Source: Paragordius varius (lineage: Eukaryota; Animalia; Nematomorpha). Taken from it: a DNA stretch of 64,000 nucleotides. Location of the stretch: NCBI GenBank assembly GCA_964247055.1, contig OZ176051.1, positions 13,950,001 to 14,014,000 of the forward strand, written 5' to 3'. Both the position numbers and the translations under genes were made by a program. How positions within the stretch are numbered: the stretch's first letter is position 1; each line of letters starts with the position of its first letter. Positions 1 to 11,646 of this stretch are shown here, piece by piece. Under the pieces are notes generated by a model that worked only from the letters and a program-made list of their open reading frames with translations, was not told the DNA's origin and ran no database searches.

Positions 1-113
1 CACATTTCCGACCTCATAAAAGCTGCTTTAAAGGGAGGGATACTTATTAAAACCATTCTCTCTCCGTAATAATAAATCACGAAATTTTTTTACACTTTAT
101 TACTATATAATAG

Positions 114-3100
114 ATTATTTTTCAAAACGCTTGGTCTTTTGGATTGTTATATGTGCATGGCCCTTATATCAGGTCAACCTGGTTGGAGTCGGCCTTTCTA
201 TATTCAACATTCAAAAATTTTACATGTAGAAGGTGGACATAATCCGCTTGTTGGACTGCCAAGTTTTATTTTTTTCGCAAATTATTTTTTTTGACAAATT
301 TATATAGAAGAGTATTTTTTGATGAATATGAAATTCCATTCATGTGGTATTAAATCTGATAAAATAAACCAAATTGAAAATTATAATGTTTTGTTTATAA
401 AGTGAATCCGTTTATAAAACGACAATTGAAAATGGCATAGTGACTGCATATAATAGCCTATCGCGTAAAAAGATTTGATCTTATTTGTTGAAAATTAGTA
501 TATGATCAAATATCTACTTAGAATACAGTAAAAATTAAAATAGGTTTTTTCATGATATTTATATATATATATATAGTGTGCATTTTGATAGTTGCTTTAT
601 TGACACTATAGTAGGGCAATTTTCAACAGGAACGTATGGAAAAAGAAAGGAAATAATTGTTTATATAACATTTTGTTTTGTTGTTTTTTTCCATAAACTA
701 TTGTATTGCAATTGCCCTACTATAGTGTGATATAAGCAATCATTAAAGTGCATACTGTATATATAGGATAAATTTGAAATAACCCGTAAAAATATAAAAT
801 TAAATATTTGTTTTTAAAAGACAAACGACCCCATATTTTTTTGAACTTTTATTTTTTTTCTTTGTATACTTATTTAATTACAATATTAAAACAAATACAG
901 TATGAGTAAGTACACATTGCTAGAAAGTTATTGATTATTGCCAAATATAGTAAATACAACAAAGGGCAGTATTATTGGCTTATAGTTATTTTTTCACTTT
1001 AGCCTATATCCCTTTGTTGTATTTACTATATTTGGCAATAATCAATAACTTTCTAGCAATGTATACTTACTCATACTGTAATTTCATATTTTGCAATTTA
1101 AAACATATAAATTATATTTTTACTGTATAATCAAGGTATTTTAAAAAATTAGAGTGATCTTTAGAAAAATTTATTATTATGTTTTCAATTATTCTTCTTT
1201 TTCAAATATACCTTATCATATATATAGATGATTGTGTTACGAATGATACCCTGTTGGATATGGAGAATAGACCATTGATATTGCTTACGGGTGCACACGG
1301 CAGTGGGAAAAGTTCCTATCTCCTTAGCCTATTTCACATGGCCTGGTTGGCTCAAATAGGTTGTTATGTCCCTGCCCTGAAATATATTACAGCCACATAC
1401 GATGTTTTAGCCTACGTGTAATTATTGACTCTCTCTTTTATGCCTTATTTTACTAGATAATTTTAGGGAAAGGGCGAGGGCGGTGTGTGGTTAAAATTAA
1501 GTCGGAACGAATAATATGTGTGTTTGTTTGATTGATTATAAAATATCCATAATAAGGTGTTTTTAGCAAACTTTGAGTCATACATAGGTATATCATGTCT
1601 TTTCATTTTTTATATCTTAATTGATAAAATTTATCAAAATACAAATTTTTACAACGCTTTTCTACGTTGTTGTTATGAAAACTGTTTTTTGGAGGGGGAG
1701 GGGGTTCAAAAAGGTTGATTTATCAGGTTTTATGGTTCCGGCTTTAGTTTAAAATTCATTATATCCTTATAGGTTATCTGGAATAAGTAGCTCTAATACA
1801 GAAAACCATACAATGGCAGCCTATAATTTCGGCGGTGTTAGTCGAACCCTGAATGCAATTACACAAAATTCTCTTGTCTTTTTCGATGATAATTATTCCC
1901 AAGGCGTATATAATCATAATTGGGCTCAAACGAATTTGTCGTCTATGTCTTTTGAATCATTAAAGAGTTCATCTTTTAACTTGAGTTATGCCGCCTTATA
2001 TTACATACGTAAAATGGTATATAATTTAACCTTTTTTTTCAATTTAAAAAACTAAAATATGAATTTATTTTTGTTTAAAAAAATTATTTTTTTATTATTT
2101 CGAATTTGATTAGCGATGTAAGGGATGAATTTTTAAATTTTATATGATCACACATAGGCTATATGTGTAAAAAAATATATCGTAAAAAATTGATAGCCAT
2201 TTATGGCATTACTTTAGTTGAGGCCTTTTTTTGATTGCTTTTATATATATATTATATAATTTATATGTATGTTTCTTAATTTTTTCCTCCCTTTAATTTA
2301 AAATTTCTAAAATACTAAATATACCATTGAAAGTTCAAATTCACCCTAAAATAAATAAAGTGTTTAAGATCAAAAATTAGTCAAAAAATAAAATTATGTT
2401 TAAAATTAAAATATTACTGAAAAAATAAAAATTATGTCATTAAAATGTATTTTATGTCTATGATGAATTATATTAGCCTGAAAACACTAGGGTGAATTTG
2501 AATAGTTTAAGGGTGAACGGAATTCGTAAATTACCATTTGCACTTCAAGAGTGTCCTTAAACAGTTCAAGTTAATCGTTGAACGTATCAAGTTGGTCCTT
2601 GAACACTGGTCCTTTGACTTTTTTGTTTTGTTTAACTTTTATCAATCAAATCGTAAATCATTCATCTATTTTATCGTTTTTGACCTATTTTCAATTATTT
2701 AACATAATTTTAAATCAATATCAACTATAAATAATTGAGAAACCGTATATCTTTTTTTTAATTCTTAATTTTGGATATTTAAAAGATTTAACACCTAAAT
2801 AAAAAATATGTAAGTTTCCTGGGTTATTATTTACAATTAATAAAAACATTTAAAAGTTAATAATTTTGTTAAATTGGAAAAAAATTAGTTTTCAATAAAA
2901 AAGTGGTTTTAGAATAAATATTTTTATTTTTAAATGAATAAATATATAATAAAGATTATTAGGTTAAAAAATAATAAAATAAAAAAATGCATCCAAAAAT
3001 TATGGTTAAATCAAAATTTAAAAATATTAAGGCCCTTTGAAGTGTTAAAGGACCAACTTAAAGTGTTCAAGGACCAACTTGAAGTGTTAAAGGACCAACT

Positions 3101-4204
3101 TAAAGTGTTCAAGGACCAACTTGAAATGTCTAAGGACCAACTTGAATTTAAAGATACTTTTGAAGTGCAAATGGTGTACTAAATAAAATTTAACTTTTAA
3201 ATATTACACTTACAACAATCGGGTTTTTCTTTGTTGTTTTATTATAGATAAAATGTTTATGCATTTTTGCCACGTGTGATACCCAAATACTTGATACTAG
3301 CTTCTTAGACTTATTTGTTAGTCCACACATTGTGACTTGTCAAATGTCGATCGTTATTGAAAGTGAAATGATTTTAATTCCTACCTCTGGTGGAATTTTA
3401 CGAACCGAAAACTTAAAAAATTCCAATAATTTAACCTTAATAACTGAATCAAATTCCTTTAGTATGAATGATGGTATCGAATTTTTTGCACAACCTACAA
3501 ACACAGGTTACATATCAAAATTTGAGATTGATATAAGGTTCTTTTTTTAAAATTAACCCTTGCCATATTAAATGTAAAAGATTTATTTTTGTTTTAAATT
3601 TATAAGATTTGAAAATTTAATAACTTTTTGATCGCATTTAATGCGGATATATAAGTTATATTGAATTTTTATTTTTGTTGTTCTATGGTCTTATTTAAAA
3701 AAAATGGTTGATTTTTTATATAATTTTTTATATTATTTGTTTGTATCTCGTGCGTGCTAGAAAACAAACAACAAATGTTAAATACAACTATTGCGTCAAA
3801 TAAAAAAGCAAATTGTAACATAACCTACCTGTACAAATGTATGGAATATAGAGGGAAACCTACGCATTATGAATTACAAAACCAAATTCAACCATTCACA
3901 ATGGCCCCTGAAGCGGCGCCGAATGAAAAAACTGCCATTTTTGATGACATTTTAGCTAATAAGGAGAAGTTATGTCCGAAACAGCATGGAGAGGTGTGCT
4001 TTCTTTACCCTTTTTTTAGATAGTTTTGAATTCTATTCTCTTAAATGATTTATATATTCTTTTCAGGAAATCTCTAAAAACGTTTCTATACCCACCACGA
4101 ATCGTTCAGCACTGATGATAGAAAAAATGGTTGAAAAATGGAACACATCTTCTTCTCATAAAAGAGATTTCACCAGCATAGAGTACATATATAAATTTTA
4201 TTAA
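114..4204 (+). CDS. MSH5: MutS homolog, MSH5-like, C-terminal part (gene starts before the window)
   Basis: Frame-consistent GT-AG exons 114-262, 1228-1417, 1773-2016, 3248-3537, 3852-3993, 4067-4204. Translation gives LDCYMCMALISGQPGWSRPFY..GGHNPL (cf. MSH5 LDVLLALA..GYSRPRY..GRHPL), Walker A LTGAHGSGKSSYL, LAQIGCYVPA, LNAITQNSLVFFDD and CLCIFATC. The MutS call is firm; MSH5 versus MSH4 and the last two exons are less certain. Confidence 0.7.
574..757. mobile_element. Palindromic MITE family B (CAGTATGCA termini, TA-flanked)
   Basis: Near-perfect inverted repeat with agggcaattt..aattgccct arms; same family at 20931, 21733 and 22565. Confidence 0.75.
898..1078. mobile_element. Palindromic MITE family A (TA|CAGTATGAGTAAGT), Tc1/mariner-type
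   Basis: Long inverted arms cagtatgagtaagtacacattgctag / ctagcaatgtatacttactcatactg with TA on both sides; five more copies in the window. Confidence 0.85.
2322..2530. mobile_element. MITE family E (TACCATTT..AAATTCACCCT arms)
   Basis: ttcaaattcaccct / agggtgaatttgaa inverted arms; same family at 6885, 21549, 22189, 23360 and 28646. Confidence 0.7.
2532..3175. mobile_element. MITE family F (TACCATTTGCAC TIR) with 21-bp subterminal tandem repeats
   Basis: TIR accatttgcacttca / tgaagtgcaaatggt; the unit gaagtgttcaaggaccaactt is repeated near both ends; further copies at 9625-10878. Confidence 0.8.
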
Positions 4205-5319
4205 AACATTTAAATTCCCACAAAGCCGTAAAATTAAAAAATTTTTTTTTAATAAATCAAACGATATTGACAAATTTTCCCTTAGAAAAGTTGTTGAGTG
4301 TTTCATATATGAATTTTTATCAATATGTTAAAAAATTAATTTATAATAAATTGTCGTTATTTAAAAGCTATTTTATATTTGCTTGCTTAATTCAATTTTG
4401 AATTATTATAACATGTCAAATTTTTAATGATATTTTAGAACAATCTTGCATGGTTTACACGAATTGCACTCAATGGACAATAAAGATTGAATGAACAATA
4501 ATGCAGAAATATTTAATTATATATTATTATTTTTTATACACTTTTTTTTATTATACAATATAATTATATTATTATTATATATACACATAAAGTTATTTTA
4601 CTTTTAGAAAACAAATCAGTAAGTAGAACTCAAGCGAAATGTAAAATAAATTATTAAACTTTAAAGTTAAAATGGCTTTTACAATATAGCTAATAATACT
4701 TTCTATTTTATTGATGTAATCTTTAATTTTAATATGGAATTAATAGTTCTAATTTAATTATAATCATGATTTTTATATTAAAGTAATATTAGACTTAGGA
4801 TATCTCTTAGTGTGAATGCCATAAGTAAAAATAAAAATAATAACCGTTGACAAAATTGATTTGGATAAATCTAAAGATTTTTATTTTAGTAGAACCTATG
4901 TGAGTTTTAACATTCTGTATATAATATATTAAAAAAACGATTAATAAAATTATTAAAAATTGTATCTTATAACGAGCATTTATCTTACAATTTAAAAAAT
5001 GATATTAGCATTGATAATCAGAATGGCGTTCGAACTTTTTCAATTTTTTCTAGAACGCATCCTTAAGTTTCTTAGTCTTCAAGCTATGAATCTTCTGAAG
5101 GTGGTTAAAATAATAGTTATATAAAAGTTTTCCTGATTTTATGGTTAAGTACCTGTGACTATATAATTTAACTTAAAAATTGGCCTCAAAAATAATACAT
5201 ATGTATAGGATTATATTCAAGGTAATAATTGCATAGACCAGTTATGGCGAGGAATAAAATTTTGATAAGTCATAAGTTACAAACTTGTGATTAATTAATA
5301 ATTTAATATTTTCAATATT

Positions 5320-6300
5320 GTCCACCAGCTTTTACCAATTTTGCCCATCTCCCTGGTAATATATTAATACCATGCCAGAAAAACTGCGGCAAAACATTTG
5401 TAAACAATTTACCCAACATATTCCAAATTATTAAATTCTCTGCGAACGTGTGTCTGATTGAATCAAAAAGGTCAGATGGCACCAGGCCCGGAGAGCACTG
5501 CGGACGCGAAAGAAGCTCCTATTGAATCAATTCAATGTGTCTTTCACTGGTTTATGTAAGAAAGACCATTCTTATGTAGTAATTAGCTAAGTATTCTGGC
5601 GTTTTTCCATTAATGCATTATTGAAATTAAACATTTGTTGACGATAGTGATATGAAATACAATTTCACCGGACTTCAATTTATACAGTATCAATTGAAAT
5701 TATACGAATAAAACGTGAAAATATAAAGACAAATATTTTTATCTAAAAGACAACCATACTTTTTAAAACCTAAATGTGTTCCAAACAAGCTACTTGTTAT
5801 AATTGAATATAGAAATGATTGTATCATTACTATATACCTCTATTCTACATTTTGCCATTTAAAACAATGAATTATATTGAAATGATTCAAGATTTAAAAA
5901 TTATGGTTGTCTTTTAGAAAAAAATATTTGTCTCTATATTTTTACTTTTTGGCCGTATAATTTTAGTTTTTACTGTAATACCAATACAGCTCTAATCTTT
6001 TACCGAAGCGGTTATCCTTGGTGTCAATTTAACGGCTGACTATGTGAAAGTTGCGAATATTTCTGGTTGATTTACAAAATAAAGCCACTTTTCCTCACCA
6101 GTCGCTTTGCCAATTTTGTTGGACCTATCCAATTAGTTTATTGGTATTTCCCATTGCTCCTGGTAGTATACTGATTGTTTTTTATATTAAATAGTATGCT
6201 TCTTCCGAATGCCGCCGTCGATTTCAGTTGGGGTCCTATCCAATAACTCTTGCATTTTATTGTCTTGCCAGCTGTGTGGTCTACCAGAGGGCCTACTCAT
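5320..6300 (-). pseudogene. Degenerate mariner (Mos1-like) transposase relic split by a MITE
   Basis: Minus-strand translations ATGEEKWLYFVN (VTGDEKW motif), NRFGKRLELYW, *ELLSRPQCSPGLVPSD (WEVLPHPPYSPDLAPSD motif) and FFWHGINILPGRWAKLVKAGGQY; contains stops and frameshifts. Confidence 0.8.
5685..5975. mobile_element. Palindromic MITE family C (TA|CAGTA termini, aaagacaaatattt core) inserted in the mariner relic
   Basis: Inverted arms with TA flanks; same family at 8044 (half copy), 17758 and 48913. Confidence 0.75.
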
Positions 6301-6884
6301 ATTGAAATTATAATTTTTAAATTTTCGAAACAATGTTTTACATGTTTAATCAATCGAGTGTGTTCACCCTATGTTTCTACCAGCAAATGATAACTATCAA
6401 TAGCTTTTCTTCGGATGAAATAAGATTAGACATTATTAGTGAATGATTAAAACAAGACGCTAACTATTGCTTGTGTGTGTTTGTAGCTTAAGGTTTGAAA
6501 ATTGAAATCTCTGTCTAAATATTTTGATTACTCACAGGAGTTTTTTCTCAATTAACCGGCAAAAAATATTTAAATATCTATATTTTACCGTAAACAACAG
6601 AAACCCATGAGCGTTTTTCTAGTTTTGTTTAAAAAATATTTTTAATTTCTCGTAAAACTTTTTTAAAACATCTTCAGTTATATATTTTCAATTCTTTATC
6701 TATAATATATATATTTATATAAATCAAGGGTTTAAACACGCGGCCCTCCGAATTCCAGCAATACGTAATTTAAAAATTTATAATTTAAAAAACGATATTT
6801 TCAAAATCTTAAAATATTTCTAAAAAAATTTCTAATTTTTATCGTCAATGAGCTATTAAAAATTATTTAATTAAATGGCAGTAA

Positions 6885-7043
6885 TATACAAAATTCACCC
6901 TTGAATAATTCTAATAAACCCTAAAAATAAGTTTTGTGTTTTCAAGATAATATAACTCATTATTAATATAAAATATTCTTATGGCATAGTTTATTATTAT
7001 TTAATTATTATTTTAATTTAGTGAATTTGAACTGTAAACGGTA
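6885..7043. mobile_element. MITE family E copy (left end degenerate)
   Basis: aaattcaccc ... gtgaatttgaactgtaaacggta arms. Confidence 0.55.
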
Positions 7044-7195
7044 TTCTATGTTTGTGAATTTGGTATTATGTTTAACTTCTGGAAAAAAACATACCCTATA
7101 TTTTTCTGGTCGGCCAAGCCATTTGAGTTGCATGCCTTATATCAATTATCAATAATTTTGCATTTACGATAACTTTGCGTTCATCCATTCATAAA

Positions 7196-7376
7196 CCATA
7201 TGAGTAAGTATACAATGCTAGAAAGTTTTTAACCAAATAGTAGAAAATACAACAAAGGGCAGTATTATTGACATGTTGTTTTTCACTTTTTACTATTATT
7301 AAACAATAATTCTGCCCCTTTGTTGTATTTACTATTTGGCATTTATATTTCTAGCAATGTATACTTACTCATATTG
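7196..7376. mobile_element. MITE family A copy
   Basis: tgagtaagtatacaatgctag / ctagcaatgtatacttactca inverted arms. Confidence 0.75.
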
Positions 7377-7937
7377 TAAAACAATAGTAATATATCATCG
7401 CTTGAGTAAACACATTAATAAATACACATGCATAAATTACTTTAAAAGAAATTTATAAAAAACAAAAACAACAACATTCAGTCTAACCACATATTTGGAT
7501 AATTATGTATGTTGTTTTAATTACAACCAACCATTGCTTTTAAACTGTTTACATTTGAGTGTCAAAAAAATGGTTGATTGAAATTAAATTAATATAAGAT
7601 AGAGATAATTTAACTTTTAACACACTATAAAACGGTTTCGTTGTTCGGCATTGGCTCGAAAAGAGCCAAATCGCATAATGCATGCATATATGAACACAAT
7701 TAAAATAAAGGATAATAAATAATTGATAAATTGCTTTTTTTGCCTTTTAATCATAAACACAGAGTGAGTTCAATTTTAGAGATGATGAGTTAATTACATA
7801 TTTTTGGATCTATCTTCTATTATGATAGAGAGTAAGTCAATTTGAGTTGATTCAAAAAGGGATATATATATATATTGTTTTTTGCTCTGCAATACAATAT
7901 CCATCATATATTCGTTAATCCTTTTAACAATAAAACA

Positions 7938-10900
7938 ATGAAAACTCTATTGTTCTTTCATTTAACATTGGTATTAGTGGCTTTGGCATCCATACTTGTG
8001 TCAGGTATAATAATACAGTTTAAAAATCCATATTATAATATTACAGTAAAAGCTGAAATTATACGGACAAAACTTAAAAATATAGAGACAAATATTTTTT
8101 TTAAAAGACAACCATACTTTTTAAATCTTGATTCATTTCAATATAACTCATTGTTTTAAATGGCAAAGTGTGGAGAGATATATAATACTAGCGTAAATCT
8201 CGTGCTGCTACGCAGCACGAGGATGTCCTTCGGACTTCTGGGGCTCTTTGAAAAAAGGGACTATAAAATGATCCATATATGTGGATTATTTCGAAACATT
8301 CTATTAATAACTATGATCTCATATGATTTTCAAAACGGCGCATCTAATATATTGTTTCTGGTGTAAAGGCCCCAAATTGACGGCTAACGGAAAAAACCGC
8401 TATACTATAATTTTTACCTTTTTATGGGTAATATTTAAAGCCTTTATTAAACTCTTATGGCCTCTTAAGTTTTTTTGAAAATTAGCTCCAAAGGCACGCC
8501 ATTTTTGTAAGGCGTCTCAGTTTAAACCGGTTCCCTACACATAGGCCTATATAACCGCTAAGTTAAATTTTTTGCCTTTATAGGGAAAATATTTGGAATC
8601 ATCTTTGAGACTATCGTCTATTCAAAAAAAATACCTCAACACTAAATAACCGTTATATGATGGCGTATTTTACGGCATAAAGGCCCCAAATTAAAGGCTA
8701 ATAAAAAAAGGCCTGAACTTAACTTGTACCTAAATACGGGTAATATCTCGAACTTTGAAAGAACTCACATGGCATAAGTTTTAAATAAGTTCCAAAACAA
8801 CGCAATTTTTATATAGTGGTACAATTTGGCGGGTAGCTTCTTACTCAGAGGCAGATATAAAAAGCGTCTGGCAAAATTTATGTCTTTATATGGAGAATAT
8901 CTGGAATTTTAATGTCCATATGTTCCTATACGTCTTGGAAATATTGCTTCAAAACCAAAAAATTGTTCTATGGCGGCGAATTTTTCAGGGAATAAAACTT
9001 TTCTTAGCGACTCATTGATATAACCCCCTATACTAAAATATTTGTTTTTTCAGGGGTAATAAATATTTTATGCCCTTATAAAACCTATATGGCCTGATAA
9101 GTTTTCTGAAAATTAACTCCTAAACAACGCAATTTTGATAGGGTGGCGCAGTTTTAGGCGGGTAGCTCCCTATCCAGAGGCTGATACAAAAAAGCGCTTG
9201 ATTAAAATTTTTGCCTTTTTACGGAGAATACTTGGAATCATGATTTATTCCATATGCTCTCATTAGTTTTTGGAAAAATTGCCTCAAAATTAAAAAATCA
9301 TTCTTTAGTGGCGCATTTTTTCAGGGCGTAAAGGGCCTATTTAACCGCTAATTAAAAAAAAATCCGCTCGACTTGAATTTTTGACTTTTTACGGGTAATA
9401 TTTTAAATACGGATTGATCTCATATGGCCTGATAGGTTTTCTGAAATTAAGCCCCAAAGGCACGCTATCTCGATATGATGGGTCAGTTTTTAGCGGGTAC
9501 CTCCTTACCCAGCGGCTATCATCAAAGAAACGCTTGATAAAACTTTTTGCCTTTTAACAAAGAATATCTGAAATCCTTATGAATTTTTACGGCCTCATAC
9601 TTTGGGCGAAAAATAGATTCAAAAAATTATTTAAGATTAAACACCACTAAATTAAAAAATATATAAGTTTTCCGGGTTATTATTTACAATTTTTCATTGA
9701 AAACATTTAAAAGTTAATAATTTTGTTAACTTGGAGAGAAATTAGTTTGAAATAAGTGTTTTTGAATAATTTTGATTTTTAAATGAATAAATATATTATA
9801 AGAAAATTAGGTTAAAAAATAATAAAATAAAAAAAATTTAAAAATTTTAAGGACCAACTTGAAGTGTTCAAGGACCAACTAGAAATGTTCAAGGACACTC
9901 TTGAGTTGCAAATGGTATAATTGCATTTGTGCTTATGATGTGTCATATATTTTTTTGAAACTTACTCATCTAACTAAAATAAAAAATTAAATTCAGTTGT
10001 TTTAAAATGTTATTAACAAATGTAAAAGGCTTTTAACCTTGTATAAAATTTTATATATTTCCGGTATACACCATTTGCACTTTAAGAGTGTCCTTGTACA
10101 CTTCAAGTTAATCCTTTAACTTTTTTGTTTTGTTTTTACCTTTTTCAATCAAATCGTATAAATCTATTTTTTTGTTTTTAACCTATTTTCTATCATTTAA
10201 CATAAATTTTAAATCAATATTATCTTTTTATCATTCAGAAACCGTATATCTTTATTAATTTCTTAAAATTCTTTTGGATATTTGTAAGATTTTAACACCT
10301 ATTTAAAAAATAAATAAGTTTATGGTTATTATACCATTTGCACTTCAAGAGTGTGTTTAAACACTTCAAATTGGTCCTTAATATTTCAAGTTGGTCCTTG
10401 AACACTTCAAGTTGGGCCTTAAACTTTTTTGTCAACTTTTATAAATCAAATCGTAAATTCATCTATTTTATCATTTTTAACCTATTTTCTATTATTTAAC
10501 ATCAATATTAAATCAATATAAACTTTTAATCATTGAGAACCGTATATCTTTATTAATTTCTTAAAATTATTTTGGATATTTATAAGATTTTAATGCCTAT
10601 TTGCAAAAAGTTTTCTGGGTTATTACTTACATTTTATCATTGAAAACAAAAAGGTCATAATTTTGTTAAATTGGAAAAAAATTAGTATGAAACAAAAAAG
10701 TAGTTTTTAGAAAAGATTTTTATTTTTAAATGATTAAATACATAATTAATAACAAAAATTAGGTTAATAATATGATAAAAAATACGTGCGAAAATTAAAG
10801 ATTCAAAAATTTTAAGGATCAACTTTAAGTGTTCAAGGACCAACTTAAAGTGATGACACTCTTGAATTGCAAATGGTATATATAAACATCTTTACATTTC

Positions 10901-11272
10901 GCCACCATGTCTATTCTTGATTTAAAATTATCATCGTCATCATCTCTTACCGTTTTAATTTTCTAATCTTTGGGATTATCCATATGTGAATCGCAAAATT
11001 TATCGCAAACTTCCATGGATGGATGTTTGAGAATTAAATAATTTATCATATTGTTGTTGTTAGTTTGTTAATTCAAACATTTAGGTGAGATTGTTGGGCC
11101 CAGGGCAAAACGATCTTCAGTTTGCCCGACGCATTTGAAAATGCCACCCTGTGATATTCCTTGTACCGCTATTCGATGTAATCGCTACCCAAATGCAAAT
11201 TGTGTGGAGAGCGCTTGTGGGGGATGTTCCTACACCTTTTATTACGCGGGCCGTAAAGTTGATTGTGATTGA
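7938..11272 (+). CDS. Small secreted 8-cysteine pre-pro-peptide (84 aa), toxin/inhibitor-like
   Basis: Exon 1 7938-8004 encodes a hydrophobic leader MKTLLFFHLTLVLVALASILVS with a phase-1 donor (G|gtataa). Exon 2 11085-11272 has a matching phase-1 acceptor and encodes GEIVGPRAKR SSVCPTHLKMPPCDIPCTAIRCNRYPNANCVESACGGCSYTFYYAGRKVDCD*. AATAAA lies downstream. The join across the 3-kb TE-filled intron is inferred. Confidence 0.7.
8044..8187. mobile_element. Left half of MITE family C, cut by a Helitron 3' end
   Basis: ta|cagtaaaagctgaaattatacggac..aaaagacaaccatac matches family C and stops at the CTAG at 8188. Confidence 0.6.
8188..9630 (-). mobile_element. Non-autonomous Helitron C carrying a satellite array, 5'-truncated
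   Basis: On the minus strand, a perfect 10-bp stem ctcgtgctgc-gta-gcagcacgag is followed by CTAG|T. The array at about 8365-9630 is homologous to those at 44060-45690 and 46460-47730. Confidence 0.75.
9625..10878. mobile_element. Cluster of MITE family F copies (right half 9625-9917, left half 10067-10330, full copy 10332-10878)
   Basis: High similarity to 2532-3175, including TIRs and 21-bp repeats. Confidence 0.75.
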
Positions 11273-11646
11273 TAATTAAATGGTTTAAAGACCACATAAT
11301 AATTTGTGTAATATGATTAATTTTATATTGTGTAATTATTTATACATGACATGATTACTATCATTTCTATATTCATACTACAATGCATTGATGATGCACA
11401 TACATAATAAAATATATAAATAAAGCTATCTACATATATTACAGTTTTACATTTTTACAAAACAATAGATAAGATATACAATATGGAGTATATATAAATA
11501 AATAGCGAATGTTTTCATCCAATAAATTCCAAATGGCATTAACACTAAAAATAGTTTGAGAAAAATGTATACTTTTTTTCACTTTATATATATATATATA
11601 TAGTGTGGCACATATTTTCTTTCAAATATAAAACAAATATATTTTA

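Noticed and set aside
3035-3160. CRISPR-like short repeats
   Set aside because: Contiguous 21-bp units with no spacers, inside a eukaryotic MITE; no cas genes.
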